Notes: generated from the letters alone by a model not told the origin. Shown: positions 1 through 9,934, counted from the stretch's first letter. The stretch: DNA of 64,000 bases from Escherichia coli (GCF_029227855.1 NZ_CP074356.1), one strand, 5' to 3'. Translations and numbers: made by a program.

Positions 1-2129
1 TCAACGATCGGGCCGTCATAACCTTTAATGCGGAATTCGCCCTCTTCGATCTCGTAACCGTCGCAGGTTGGGTTATTACCACAGACATGCAACTTACGTT
101 TCGGATCGATGAGATAGCTGTCCATCGCCGTGCCGCATTTCGGGCAACGACGTTTTGCGCGCAGCGCGTTGGTTTCAGCGTCTTCGCCTTCCAGCACGTT
201 CAGCACTTCGTTTTCCGGCACCAGGTTAATGGTGGTTTTGCAACGCTCTTTCGGCGGCAGCGCATAGCCAGAACAGCCAAGGAATACCCCGGTGCTCGCT
301 GTGCGAATCCCCATTTTGCGACCACAAGTCGGGCAGTCAATGCTGGTCAGAACCATCTGGTTCGGGCGCATCCCCCCCTCTTCCGGATCTTTTTCAGCTT
401 TATCTAACTGCTGGGTGAAATCCGAGAAGAAGTGATCCAGTACAGCTTTCCACTCTGCTTCGTGATTTGCCACCTGGTCGAGGCTGTTTTCCATCTGTGC
501 GGTGAAGTCGTAGTTCATTAACTCACGGAAATTTTCTTCAAGGCGATCGGTGACAATTTCACCCATTTTTTCCGCGTAGAAACGACGATTTTCTACTCGC
601 ACATAGCCACGATCCTGAATGGTCGAAATGATCGACGCATAGGTAGACGGACGACCGATGCCGCGTTTTTCCAGCTCTTTAACCAACGATGCTTCACTGA
701 AACGCGCTGGCGGCTTGGTAAAGTGCTGGGCTGGTGTCAGTTCAACGAGTGTCAAAGCATCGCCTTTATCGACTGCCGGTAAGATACGATCTTCATCGCC
801 TTTACGCAGCGCAGGCATCACTTTCGTCCAGCCATCAAAGCGCAAAATACGACCGCGTGCTTTCAGGCGGAAATCGCCCGCACCAACGGTCAGCGTCGTG
901 GAGTCATATTTCGCTGGGGTCATCTGGCAGGCAACGAACTGACGCCAGATTAACTGGTACAGTTTCTGCGCATCTGCTTCCATATCCTTCAGCGATTCCG
1001 CCATCACATTGACGTCAGAAGGACGAATCGCTTCGTGCGCTTCCTGTGAGTTTTCTTTGCTGGCGTACTGATTCGGACTTTCCGGCAGATATTTCTTACC
1101 AAAATTATCGCTGATATAACCGCGAACCATATTTACCGCGTCCTGACTCAGGTTGGTGGAGTCGGTACGCATGTAAGTGATATAGCCTGCTTCATACAAA
1201 CGCTGCGCCATCATCATGGTTTTTTTCACGCCAAATCCAAGACGGGTGCTGGCAGCTTGTTGCAGCGTAGAGGTAATAAAAGGAGCGCCAGGTTTACTGG
1301 TTGTCGGTTTGTCTTCACGTTCCAGCACGCTGTAGCGCGCTTTTTCCAGCAGACTTACCGCAGCCTGTGTTTGTTCTTTGTTGACCGGGCGGAACGGTTT
1401 GTCGTTCTGATGAGTCACCTGCAACGCCAACGCATCACCAGATGGCGTGGTCGTGCTGGCATCGACTTCCCAGAACTCTTCCGGTACGAACGCTTTAATT
1501 TCACGCTCACGCTCGACCACCAGGCGGACCGCCACCGACTGCACACGACCTGCAGACAGACCACGAGCGATCTTTTTCCACAGCAGCGGCGAAACCATAT
1601 ATCCCACCACGCGGTCCATAAAGCGACGCGCCTGCTGGGCATTAACACGATCAATATTCAGCTCACCTGGTTTGTTAAATGCCTGGCGGATCGCGTTTTT
1701 AGTAATTTCGTTAAACACCACTCGGCTATAGCGCGCATCATCACCACCAATCACTTCCCGCAGGTGCCATGCAATGGCTTCCCCTTCGCGGTCAAGGTCG
1801 GTTGCGAGATAGATGTGGTCGGCTTTTTCAGCCAGTTGTTTCAGTTCAGAGACGACCTTCTCTTTACCAGGCAACACTTCATAGTGCGCCTCCCAATTGT
1901 GCCACGGGTCAACCCCCATACGGTTGACGAGAGCGCCACGTTCATCCTTTTTAGGCTTTTTAGCCGTCTTGGTGGAGGTAGAGTCGGCACTCTTTTTGGC
2001 AGCTGAGCCACTGGTCGGCAAATCGCGGATGTGACCGACGCTGGATTTCACCACGTAGTCACTACCCAGATACTTGTTGATCGTTTTGGCTTTTGCCGGG
2101 GACTCAACGATGACAAGAGCTTTACCCAT
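1..2129 (-). CDS. topA: DNA topoisomerase I (partial; C-terminal part runs off the window start)
   Basis: Minus-strand translation from ATG at 2127-2129 gives [10 protein letters not shown]...; frame stays open to position 1, where it reads ...[31 protein letters not shown] (zinc-ribbon region). No stop in window, so absent from ORF track. Confidence 0.93.
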   Translation of the reverse strand, partial: MGKALVIVESPAKAKTINKYLGSDYVVKSSVGHIRDLPTSGSAAKKSADSTSTKTAKKPKKDERGALVNRMGVDPWHNWEAHYEVLPGKEKVVSELKQLAEKADHIYLATDLDREGEAIAWHLREVIGGDDARYSRVVFNEITKNAIRQAFNKPGELNIDRVNAQQARRFMDRVVGYMVSPLLWKKIARGLSAGRVQSVAVRLVVEREREIKAFVPEEFWEVDASTTTPSGDALALQVTHQNDKPFRPVNKEQTQAAVSLLEKARYSVLEREDKPTTSKPGAPFITSTLQQAASTRLGFGVKKTMMMAQRLYEAGYITYMRTDSTNLSQDAVNMVRGYISDNFGKKYLPESPNQYASKENSQEAHEAIRPSDVNVMAESLKDMEADAQKLYQLIWRQFVACQMTPAKYDSTTLTVGAGDFRLKARGRILRFDGWTKVMPALRKGDEDRILPAVDKGDALTLVELTPAQHFTKPPARFSEASLVKELEKRGIGRPSTYASIISTIQDRGYVRVENRRFYAEKMGEIVTDRLEENFRELMNYDFTAQMENSLDQVANHEAEWKAVLDHFFSDFTQQLDKAEKDPEEGGMRPNQMVLTSIDCPTCGRKMGIRTASTGVFLGCSGYALPPKERCKTTINLVPENEVLNVLEGEDAETNALRAKRRCPKCGTAMDSYLIDPKRKLHVCGNNPTCDGYEIEEGEFRIKGYDGPIV

Positions 2130-2508
2130 ATTCACCTTACCTAATTTGATTCTTCCAGGAATGCGTCGCACGTTGATAAACCTTCCACTGGCAACGAGTT
2201 ACCGATATGGACTCGCTCTCTGCGGATATCAACCCCTTGTCGTGACTCTGTTCACGAAAATTCAGGTGACTGAGTTAACAGGTCTTGGCCTACAGGCGCT
2301 ATAGCACGACGGAATTTTGGTCGAATGTCAAGCAAATCTATTGCCAGATTGACGAAAGCGTCACACTGTACCTGATAAAATCCGATACGCAACTTTATTA
2401 GCATGCAAAATCCAAAGTTGCCAGTAAGGCGCTCTTGCCACCAGCGTGGTATATTTGTCTGCAAGCCATGCCTGGCGTAGACTAATGTCCTTGTTTAAGG
2501 AGTAAATA

Positions 2509-2760
2509 ATGAACAAAGAGACACAACCCATCGACCGCGAAACGCTGTTGAAAGAGGCCAACAAAATCATTCGTGAGCATGAGGATACGCTCGCAGGGAT
2601 TGAAGCCACCGGCGTCACGCAGCGTAATGGCGTGCTGGTATTTACCGGCGACTACTTTTTAGATGAACAAGGATTGCCAACAGCCAAAAGCACCGCGGTG
2701 TTTAATATGTTCAAACACCTGGCCCATGTGCTTTCAGAAAAATATCACCTGGTTGATTAA
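2509..2760 (+). CDS. yciN: small conserved protein YciN (83 aa)
   Basis: ORF track 83 aa [27 protein letters not shown]...; matches recalled YciN; position between topA and sohB as in E. coli. Confidence 0.85.
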
Positions 2761-2795
2761 AGCAAAACGCGAGGTCTTAGCCTCGCGTTTGTCTT

Positions 2796-3845
2796 TTACA
2801 TCAATGGCTTTTGACCCCGCTGCCACCAGCGTAGCAACAATCGATCGGCGCTCTCTGCCGCGCTGCCGGTGAATCGGTCAATGAGTCGTTTACGCTGCAT
2901 ATAGCGTACATTGACCACTTCACGGCCTTCCATCAGGCTAAGAATAACTTCATCACTGGTGTTGATTTCATCAACCAGGCCTTTCTCTACCGCCTGTTGT
3001 CCGTACCAGTGTTCACCCGTTGCCACCTGTTCAATATCCAGAGACGGACGCATACGCTTCACAAAATCTTTAAATAACTGATGCGTTTCGTTCAGCTCTT
3101 CGCGGAATTTCTCCCGCCCTTCTTCGGTGTTTTCACCCAGCAAGGTCAGCGTGCGCTTATACTGCCCGGCGGTGTGCAGTTCGATATCAATATCTTTGCT
3201 TTTCAGGAAGCGGTTAAAGTTGGGCATTTGTGCCACCACGCCAATGGAACCCACAATAGCAAACGGTGCGGAAACAATTTTGTCCGCCACACAGGCCATC
3301 ATGTAACCGCCGCTGGCAGCGACTTTGTCTACCGTAACAGTTAAAGGAATGTTTTTATCACGCAGACGCTGCAGCTGCGAAGCCGCCAACCCGTAACCAT
3401 GCACCATGCCACCAGGGCTTTCCAGACGGAGCACAACCTGATCCTGCGGTTTGAATGCTGCGAGTACCGCCGTTATCTCTTCACGTAGCGAGTTCACTTC
3501 ATGGGCGTCCATGCTGCCTTTAAAATCCAGCACCCAGACGCGGGGTTTACTGTCAGTTGCCACCTCGCCCAGTTTGGCTTTCGCTTTTGCTGCTTTCGCT
3601 TCTTGCTTGTGCTTTTTCTTCTGCGCTTTGTGCCACTGTTTTTGCTGATGTGAGTCCATCAGCGCCGCGGCCAGTTCTTCTTTCATCTCCTTATACTGTT
3701 CGCTGAGATTGTTGACCCGTAACTCGCCACGCTGGCGTTTATTACGTTGAGCAACATTGACAATAATGGCGGCAATCGCCGCAATCGCTAGCACAACGGT
3801 AACGATTTTCGCCAAAAACAAACCATATTCAGACAACAATTCCAC
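2796..3845 (-). CDS. sohB: inner-membrane peptidase SohB (S49 family)
   Basis: 349 aa ORF with N-terminal TM segment (LAKIVTVVLAIAAIAAIIVNV) and peptidase core; conserved neighbour of yciN/yciK. Confidence 0.9.
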   Translation of the reverse strand: MELLSEYGLFLAKIVTVVLAIAAIAAIIVNVAQRNKRQRGELRVNNLSEQYKEMKEELAAALMDSHQQKQWHKAQKKKHKQEAKAAKAKAKLGEVATDSKPRVWVLDFKGSMDAHEVNSLREEITAVLAAFKPQDQVVLRLESPGGMVHGYGLAASQLQRLRDKNIPLTVTVDKVAASGGYMMACVADKIVSAPFAIVGSIGVVAQMPNFNRFLKSKDIDIELHTAGQYKRTLTLLGENTEEGREKFREELNETHQLFKDFVKRMRPSLDIEQVATGEHWYGQQAVEKGLVDEINTSDEVILSLMEGREVVNVRYMQRKRLIDRFTGSAAESADRLLLRWWQRGQKPLM

Positions 3846-4064
3846 GAGTCTCCACCTTGGTTAAACAACGCCTTGGCTCACAGTTTACAACAGGCATGTT
3901 AAGCCGTCTCGCAGAGATGTTATTGCAGCGAAAGTATGACAAAGTATCCATTTTGCGGTGTTATCGCCCCAGGCTGATTGAAATGCCCTTCTGTTTCAGG
4001 CATAAAGCCCCAAAGTCATAAAGTACACTGGCAGCGCGACAGACAACGTCGTTGAGGAGTAGCC

Positions 4065-4823
4065 ATGCATTACCAGCCAAAACAAGATTTACTCAATGAT
4101 CGCATTATCCTGGTGACGGGAGCCAGCGATGGTATTGGCCGTGAAGCCGCGATGACGTATGCACGCTATGGTGCGACAGTGATTCTGTTGGGCCGTAATG
4201 AAGAAAAATTACGTCAGGTAGCCAGCCACATAAACGAAGAAACTGGACGTCAGCCACAGTGGTTTATTCTCGATTTGCTGACCTGCACGTCCGAAGATTG
4301 CCAACAACTGGCACAGCGCATTGCCGTTAATTATCCGCGTCTGGATGGTGTTTTGCATAATGCCGGATTGCTCGGCGATGTTTGCCCAATGAGCGAACAA
4401 AATCCGCAGGTCTGGCAGGACGTCATGCAGGTCAACGTTAATGCCACCTTTATGCTCACCCAGGCACTGCTTCCTTTATTACTCAAATCGGACGCCGGTT
4501 CACTGGTCTTTACTTCATCAAGCGTTGGACGTCAGGGGCGTGCAAACTGGGGCGCATATGCAGCGTCGAAATTTGCCACCGAAGGGATGATGCAGGTACT
4601 GGCTGATGAATATCAGCAGCGTCTGCGCGTCAACTGTATTAACCCAGGCGGTACGCGCACCGCAATGCGGGCCAGTGCATTCCCGACCGAAGATCCACAG
4701 AAACTCAAAACACCCGCTGATATCATGCCGCTCTACCTCTGGCTGATGGGTGATGACAGCCGCCGTAAAACCGGCATGACCTTTGACGCCCAACCGGGCC
4801 GTAAACCAGGAATTTCCCAATGA
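4065..4823 (+). CDS. yciK: short-chain dehydrogenase/reductase YciK
   Basis: 252 aa; Rossmann motif VTGASDGIGRE near N-terminus; stop overlaps btuR start (ATGA at 4820-4823). Confidence 0.9.
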   Translation: MHYQPKQDLLNDRIILVTGASDGIGREAAMTYARYGATVILLGRNEEKLRQVASHINEETGRQPQWFILDLLTCTSEDCQQLAQRIAVNYPRLDGVLHNAGLLGDVCPMSEQNPQVWQDVMQVNVNATFMLTQALLPLLLKSDAGSLVFTSSSVGRQGRANWGAYAASKFATEGMMQVLADEYQQRLRVNCINPGGTRTAMRASAFPTEDPQKLKTPADIMPLYLWLMGDDSRRKTGMTFDAQPGRKPGISQ

Positions 4824-5410
4824 GTGATGAACGCTACCAACAGCGTCAGCAGCGAGTGAAAGAAAAAGTCGATGCTCGTGTGGCCCAGGCCCAGGATGAA
4901 CGCGGTATTATCATCGTCTTTACCGGCAATGGAAAAGGCAAAACCACCGCGGCATTTGGTACGGCAACTCGTGCAGTAGGCCATGGCAAAAAAGTGGGTA
5001 TCGTGCAGTTTATTAAAGGCACCTGGCCTAATGGCGAGCGCAATCTACTGGAGCCACATGGCGTTGAGTTTCAGGTGATGGCAACGGGCTTTACCTGGGA
5101 TACACAAAATCGCGAATCTGATACCGCGGCCTGCCGTGAAGTCTGGCAACATGCCAAACGAATGCTGGCCGATCCTTCACTGGATATGGTTTTGCTCGAT
5201 GAGCTGACTTATATGGTGGCGTATGATTATTTGCCACTGGAAGAAGTGGTGAAGGCGTTAAATGAACGTCCACATCAGCAAACCGTCATTATTACGGGTC
5301 GTGGTTGTCATCGGGATATTCTTGAACTGGCGGATACGGTAAGTGAATTACGCCCAGTGAAACATGCGTTTGATGCCGGTGTTAAGGCGCAAATAGGGAT
5401 TGATTATTAA
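4820..5410 (+). CDS. btuR: cob(I)yrinic acid a,c-diamide adenosyltransferase
   Basis: 196 aa; P-loop-like GNGKGKTTAAFG; translationally coupled to yciK. Confidence 0.9.
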   Translation: MSDERYQQRQQRVKEKVDARVAQAQDERGIIIVFTGNGKGKTTAAFGTATRAVGHGKKVGIVQFIKGTWPNGERNLLEPHGVEFQVMATGFTWDTQNRESDTAACREVWQHAKRMLADPSLDMVLLDELTYMVAYDYLPLEEVVKALNERPHQQTVIITGRGCHRDILELADTVSELRPVKHAFDAGVKAQIGIDY

Positions 5411-5415
5411 GAGAA

Positions 5416-5446
5416 AGCACCTCAAAAGATCGCCTCTTGAGGTGCT
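5416..5446. terminator. inverted repeat between convergent btuR and islet operon
   Basis: Perfect 10 bp stem AGCACCTCAA/TTGAGGTGCT with 11 nt loop, flanked by A/T; lies between the btuR stop and the stop of the 102 aa minus-strand gene. Confidence 0.5.
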
Positions 5447-5462
5447 TTAATCATAATTATAT

Positions 5463-5771
5463 TCAAGCGGCAATAGCAAAACTCAGAATCCGTTTTATCT
5501 CATTCAAATGTCCCTGATATGCTTCATGATTCTCAGCGTCAACATCTTCAATAAATAATATCAGTTCAGTAATTAACGCATTAGCATCGTCATAATTTAT
5601 CCCGGCTAACTCTGGCGAAGTTTCAGTACCATAGTTTATCGTCAGGTTGTTCATAACTGTGAGGATATGGATAAAGTATTTATGACAAACATTGCATGTG
5701 GTTTTATTACCCAAAGTATTATACAGCATATCAAGTAATGCCAGTATTCTACGGTTTTGCACATCGTTCAT
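5463..5771 (-). CDS. hypothetical 102 aa protein, second gene of low-GC islet (acidic C-terminal half, CxxCH motif)
   Basis: ORF track 102 aa MNDVQNRRILALLDMLYNTLGNKTTCNVCHKYF...; strong SD (TAGGAGGT) 7-8 nt upstream of ATG at 5771; only 10 nt after the stop of the upstream lipoprotein gene; AT-rich codon usage unlike flanking genes. No homolog recognised from memory. Confidence 0.6.
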   Translation of the reverse strand: MNDVQNRRILALLDMLYNTLGNKTTCNVCHKYFIHILTVMNNLTINYGTETSPELAGINYDDANALITELILFIEDVDAENHEAYQGHLNEIKRILSFAIAA

Positions 5772-5781
5772 AAAAAACCTC

Positions 5782-6783
5782 CTATAACATTATTCCGCTG
5801 GCAATAAGTAATTTTGCCAGCCCCTCAGACGCCTTTAACCCACTAATGACCTGTGCGCGTAATATTTCATTTAATCTTTTTTGTTCAGCTGCCGTGCGTG
5901 TTTTATTAACGTATAAGCTTTTCAGATAATCACCCTTATCTATAAAGGCATTTAAAGCCTCAATCGCAGGCATGGCAGGTGCCGATGCCTGTAGTCTGGT
6001 TTCATTCACATTGATTACTGAACTTAGAAACTCCTTCCTGTTTTTCAGAGTGTTAAACTCTGTATTCTTAGAGTTTTTAGATGCCGTATTATAATAAAAC
6101 ATATTATCATGCACATTCGCAAAGGTATAATTTTCAATCTTATTGCTTTTTGTATAAATATCATTGCGCAAAACTGCCATGTTCTTTATAAGTCTTACCC
6201 AGTTTTCATCTACCGTTTTGCCTATTTTTCCAGAATTGACTTTAATTATATATAACTCATTGAAATAATTTACCAAATCTTTAACCGCTGCTGCAGATTG
6301 AGCTAAATCTTTGCTATGTGAAACACCAAGTAGTGTTTGTGCGTTGTTTGCGTGATCCAGAGCCTGTTTAAGTAATGCCACTTGCTGACTTTCCGTAGTT
6401 GCCATATCCTTTGTCAGAAGTTCCACATAAGCGCTCATGCTATTAATGACTTCCATTGAAGCCAGTAATTTTTCTTTCTCGAAAGGGACTAATTGTACTT
6501 GTTTTGTATTTGGCCCTGAACGCTGGCATAATTTTCCGCCATTCCCATCACCGCCTATATCAATGGTATAATCAGGTCGCAGGGCACAATCCGGATTAGT
6601 CGCGTAGAAATTAACAAGGAAGTTTTCACGAGAAGCATAGTATTGTTTAAAGAAACTTGCATTCGCCGCTACTGCTTTGTTACCCGCAGTAATAACAGTT
6701 TCAGCTTGTTCGTTTTTCAATGCTTCAGTTGCACAACCTGAAAGCATTAACAGCGATAGAAATATTCCACTATATCTAATCAT
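5782..6783 (-). CDS. hypothetical lipoprotein (333 aa), first gene of low-GC islet; predicted outer-membrane sorted
   Basis: N-terminus MIRYSGIFLSLLMLSGC: basic n-region, hydrophobic core, lipobox L-S-G-C; residue after Cys is Ala (not Asp). SD GAGGTGGG upstream of ATG at 6783. Mature part is Asn/Lys-rich with two further Cys. GC about 28-37 percent in sampled 60 bp stretches versus about 50 percent in flanks. Confidence 0.7.
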   Translation of the reverse strand: MIRYSGIFLSLLMLSGCATEALKNEQAETVITAGNKAVAANASFFKQYYASRENFLVNFYATNPDCALRPDYTIDIGGDGNGGKLCQRSGPNTKQVQLVPFEKEKLLASMEVINSMSAYVELLTKDMATTESQQVALLKQALDHANNAQTLLGVSHSKDLAQSAAAVKDLVNYFNELYIIKVNSGKIGKTVDENWVRLIKNMAVLRNDIYTKSNKIENYTFANVHDNMFYYNTASKNSKNTEFNTLKNRKEFLSSVINVNETRLQASAPAMPAIEALNAFIDKGDYLKSLYVNKTRTAAEQKRLNEILRAQVISGLKASEGLAKLLIASGIML

Positions 6784-6914
6784 AACCCACCTCTTGACGT
6801 TGAATTTATCTCAGATAATTAAATAGTAATGTGGCTATTTCCGGGTATTATTCATAAGCAAGTATGAAATTAAATTAAAATACTGCGACTATTTATCATG
6901 CTTCAAATGAAGAA

Positions 6915-6940
6915 AAGGCCCCGCAGGGCCTTTATTTTAT
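6915..6940. terminator. bidirectional hairpin terminator downstream of rluB
   Basis: GGCCCCGCAGGGCC stem-loop flanked by A-run and T-run just after the rluB stop (minus strand); also bounds the islet promoter region. Confidence 0.6.
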
Positions 6941-6952
6941 ACTTATCTTAAA

Positions 6953-7828
6953 TTAACCGTTATTATTACGTCCGCCAGAACGGCGACCACCGCTCACCTG
7001 GCTATGACGTTTCACCGCACGACGAATCTGATTCGCCTTCATACGACGACGGTCTTTTTCTACGGCAACTTTAGAGCTGGTTTCTGGTGGCAGTTCCACC
7101 AGTTCACGCAGATAGTTAGTCTGAGCGAGGTCCAGCTCCGTCCAGCCACCGCGTGGCAGACCTTTTGGCAGTGGGATATCACCGTAACGCACACGGATCA
7201 GGCGACTTACCTGCACACCAACCGCTTCCCAAAGACGACGAACCTCACGGTTACGGCCTTCGGTCAGAGTAACGTTGTACCACTGGTTGATCCCTTCGCC
7301 GCCGCTGAACTTGATGGTTTTAAAGGCTGCCGGACCATCTTCCAGCTGCACGCCACGACTCAAATCACGCAGTTTCGCGTCGTCAACCTGACCAAATACA
7401 CGCACGGCATATTCACGTTCAACTTCACGGCTAGGATGCATTAAACGATTTGCCAGTTCACCGTCGGTGGTGAAGAGCAACAGACCACAGGTGTTAACGT
7501 CCAGACGACCTACGGCAATCCAGCGTGCGCCACGCAGCTTTGGCAGACGGTCAAACACCGTTGGACGCCCTTCCGGATCGTTACGGGTACACAACTCACC
7601 TTCCGGTTTGTAATAGGCCAGAACGCGACAAATTTGTTCAGCGGACTCACGTACCGAAATCAGGTGACCATCGATACGGATTTTCAATCCAGGGGTAATT
7701 TCAACACGATCGCCGAGTTTAGCAATTTTGCCATCAACACTCACACGACCGGCTTCAATAATAGATTCGATTTCACGGCGAGAACCGTGGCCGGCACGCG
7801 CCAGCACTTTCTGTAGCTTTTCGCTCAT
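6953..7828 (-). CDS. rluB: 23S rRNA pseudouridine(2605) synthase
   Basis: 291 aa; S4 domain N-terminus, RsuA-family catalytic core ([17 protein letters not shown]), Arg/Gly-rich basic C-tail. Confidence 0.9.
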   Translation of the reverse strand: MSEKLQKVLARAGHGSRREIESIIEAGRVSVDGKIAKLGDRVEITPGLKIRIDGHLISVRESAEQICRVLAYYKPEGELCTRNDPEGRPTVFDRLPKLRGARWIAVGRLDVNTCGLLLFTTDGELANRLMHPSREVEREYAVRVFGQVDDAKLRDLSRGVQLEDGPAAFKTIKFSGGEGINQWYNVTLTEGRNREVRRLWEAVGVQVSRLIRVRYGDIPLPKGLPRGGWTELDLAQTNYLRELVELPPETSSKVAVEKDRRRMKANQIRRAVKRHSQVSGGRRSGGRNNNG

Positions 7829-7879
7829 AGAGCTTCCTTTTGGTGTCGCCTTCCCAGGCGTCTGATATGCTTTTGTGCA

Positions 7880-7911
7880 ACAGTGAGTCAGAACTTACAT
7901 CTGACTCACTG
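7880..7911. promoter_or_regulatory. perfect 12 bp inverted repeat in rluB upstream/leader region
   Basis: CAGTGAGTCAGA-ACTTACAT-TCTGACTCACTG at 7880-7911, about 55-85 bp upstream of the rluB start codon on its strand. Confidence 0.35.
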
Positions 7912-8038
7912 ATAGTAAAGTCTGTTTGAACTCTTCAGGCCTTAAGTAAACGACTCGACGTTTATCGGCCTGGCTTTGAGGCGCAACATACTACACTATC
8001 TTTATGGTTAAAGCTTGTTTCGATTAACATCAGCTTAA

Positions 8039-9934
8039 TTACCAGCCACCACCGCCTCCGCCACCCGCCCCGCCGCCAGCACCACCACCGGAATAACTTC
8101 GCCCCAACAAACTGGTATTGGCCCCCAGGCTCAGGTGCGTCTGTAATGAGAATAAAACGCCACTACGGGCAATTTCCGGGGCGCGAACAGCCGCTGTGAG
8201 TGATGGGGTGATACGTGCTGCCCATTCTCTGCCAAGGTTTGCCGAGACCGCCCAACCTAACAACGCGTAATCCAGTTTCCGTGTTTCCCCTTTCCGCCGC
8301 CGCCCACTGTGTGTTGCCGCCTCTTTACGCGCAAGATAGTTAACGATAGCTTCACCGTGGGCATAACGTTGCTGCCCAGTTTGGGTAAACTTTGGCAGAA
8401 AAATATACCCTATGCCAGTGAGATAACCGGTCAGGAAAACAGCGCTAAAATAACCCGCTGGCATATACCAGTAAAAGAATACATCTCCGACATTGATATA
8501 GAGAGAATAGAAGGCCACGCCTGAACAAATCAGTGGTAAAAACAAAGTGATGATTACACGATTAACGCAAGGCTTGTCATCATCGCGGGCAAATAAAAGC
8601 TCTAGGGAACAAAATAAAAAAGGAAGAAGCCAGCAGATCATAATAAACATATCGCCTACCAGACTCATTCCTGCCCAGCCTACGGGACTCAGGTTACCGT
8701 AGAGAATGACCGCCAATATTGCCATTCCGCCCCATTGCAAAAACGCATCAGGTCGGTAAAACGAAGACTTTTTACGCGGCAGATAAAATTTCTGCATCCG
8801 TAAAAATGCCTTGCGTAAGACTCTGTTGCGTCTCCCCGTAAGAACGACCTTATCGCCTTTACGAAATAACGCTTCCAGTAATAACTGCTCTGCGGGCAGT
8901 AATACCGCATTATTTCTGGTCGCGCCTTCATTAACACGAATCAGGATTTGCTGGTTCTTGTCATACTGATCTTTCAGATGAATTTTGCCTTTCACAATCA
9001 GATTTACGATATCGGCACAAAAACCTTTATCGTCGTAAACCAGTTTCGCATCGAGACGTAACATGCCGGGCGTGTAATCTGGCGGAATGACATCGGTTTC
9101 AATCACATCTACCGGCGTAAATTGTGGCCTGCGCTTCCAGAGATATAACCATCCACACGCCAGGAACAGACACGGAAACCAAATTAACAACGATGACGTA
9201 GAGGGTAAAAGAAGATGGCTGTAAATATTCGTCGTTTGTGGTGCCGGGGCATTACCAAGTAAAGCGTGAGGCCAGCGGTAGAGGACCGTGAAGTCTTCAC
9301 GATAAAACGGATCGCGGGATTCAATTCTTCCGTCCTCAAGGATGCGGCCATTTCGATATGTGTCGCCCTCTTCTCCAGTAAAGAGATCAATTTCGCTAAA
9401 TGGATTACCCGCAATATCAGGCAACTGGAGAGAAAATCGGGTCTTATAGATTTCAAACGGCCACTTGTTACCGGTCACGTTCCAGATTAACAGATCTGAA
9501 TCTCCCTCACGCAGGAAAGCATTTTTAACCTGATAATGAATTTGATAATGATAGTCGCCTTGAGGCAAGAAACGTTGTTTATCGCCCACGACAATACTCA
9601 TTAACCCGATATGCCAGTCAAGATGCCAGGGTTCAGGAATACCATCACGGGTGACGCCAACAATATGATAGTTCAGTAGTGCAGCGTCCCCATTAGGCTG
9701 CATCCATAGTCGTGGTAAATCACGATAAAATCCGTGCTTAATCTGCTGATTTCGCGCCTGAAAATGAATATTTTCTTTGATGTCGAGCACCCCATCCGGT
9801 TGCAGAGTGGCTTCAACATCAAAGAGCGAGATCCCTTCTTCATAAGAAGGGATCTCCGTGTTTTCTGCATAACTTAGAGATGCTACAAACAGCCCTGCTA
9901 TCAACAGCAAAATGCAGCGAAACTTCCCTGCCAT
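8039..9934 (-). CDS. yciQ: DUF2207-type membrane protein YciQ
   Basis: 631 aa; signal peptide, several TM helices, glycine-only C-terminal tail (GGGAGGGAGGGGGGGW). Confidence 0.85.
   Translation of the reverse strand: MAGKFRCILLLIAGLFVASLSYAENTEIPSYEEGISLFDVEATLQPDGVLDIKENIHFQARNQQIKHGFYRDLPRLWMQPNGDAALLNYHIVGVTRDGIPEPWHLDWHIGLMSIVVGDKQRFLPQGDYHYQIHYQVKNAFLREGDSDLLIWNVTGNKWPFEIYKTRFSLQLPDIAGNPFSEIDLFTGEEGDTYRNGRILEDGRIESRDPFYREDFTVLYRWPHALLGNAPAPQTTNIYSHLLLPSTSSLLIWFPCLFLACGWLYLWKRRPQFTPVDVIETDVIPPDYTPGMLRLDAKLVYDDKGFCADIVNLIVKGKIHLKDQYDKNQQILIRVNEGATRNNAVLLPAEQLLLEALFRKGDKVVLTGRRNRVLRKAFLRMQKFYLPRKKSSFYRPDAFLQWGGMAILAVILYGNLSPVGWAGMSLVGDMFIMICWLLPFLFCSLELLFARDDDKPCVNRVIITLFLPLICSGVAFYSLYINVGDVFFYWYMPAGYFSAVFLTGYLTGIGYIFLPKFTQTGQQRYAHGEAIVNYLARKEAATHSGRRRKGETRKLDYALLGWAVSANLGREWAARITPSLTAAVRAPEIARSGVLFSLQTHLSLGANTSLLGRSYSGGGAGGGAGGGGGGGW

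Noticed and set aside
1257-2006. 249 aa plus-strand ORF inside topA, and smaller ORFs 87-1012
   Set aside because: Antisense to the topA coding frame, which translates to recognisable topoisomerase I sequence.
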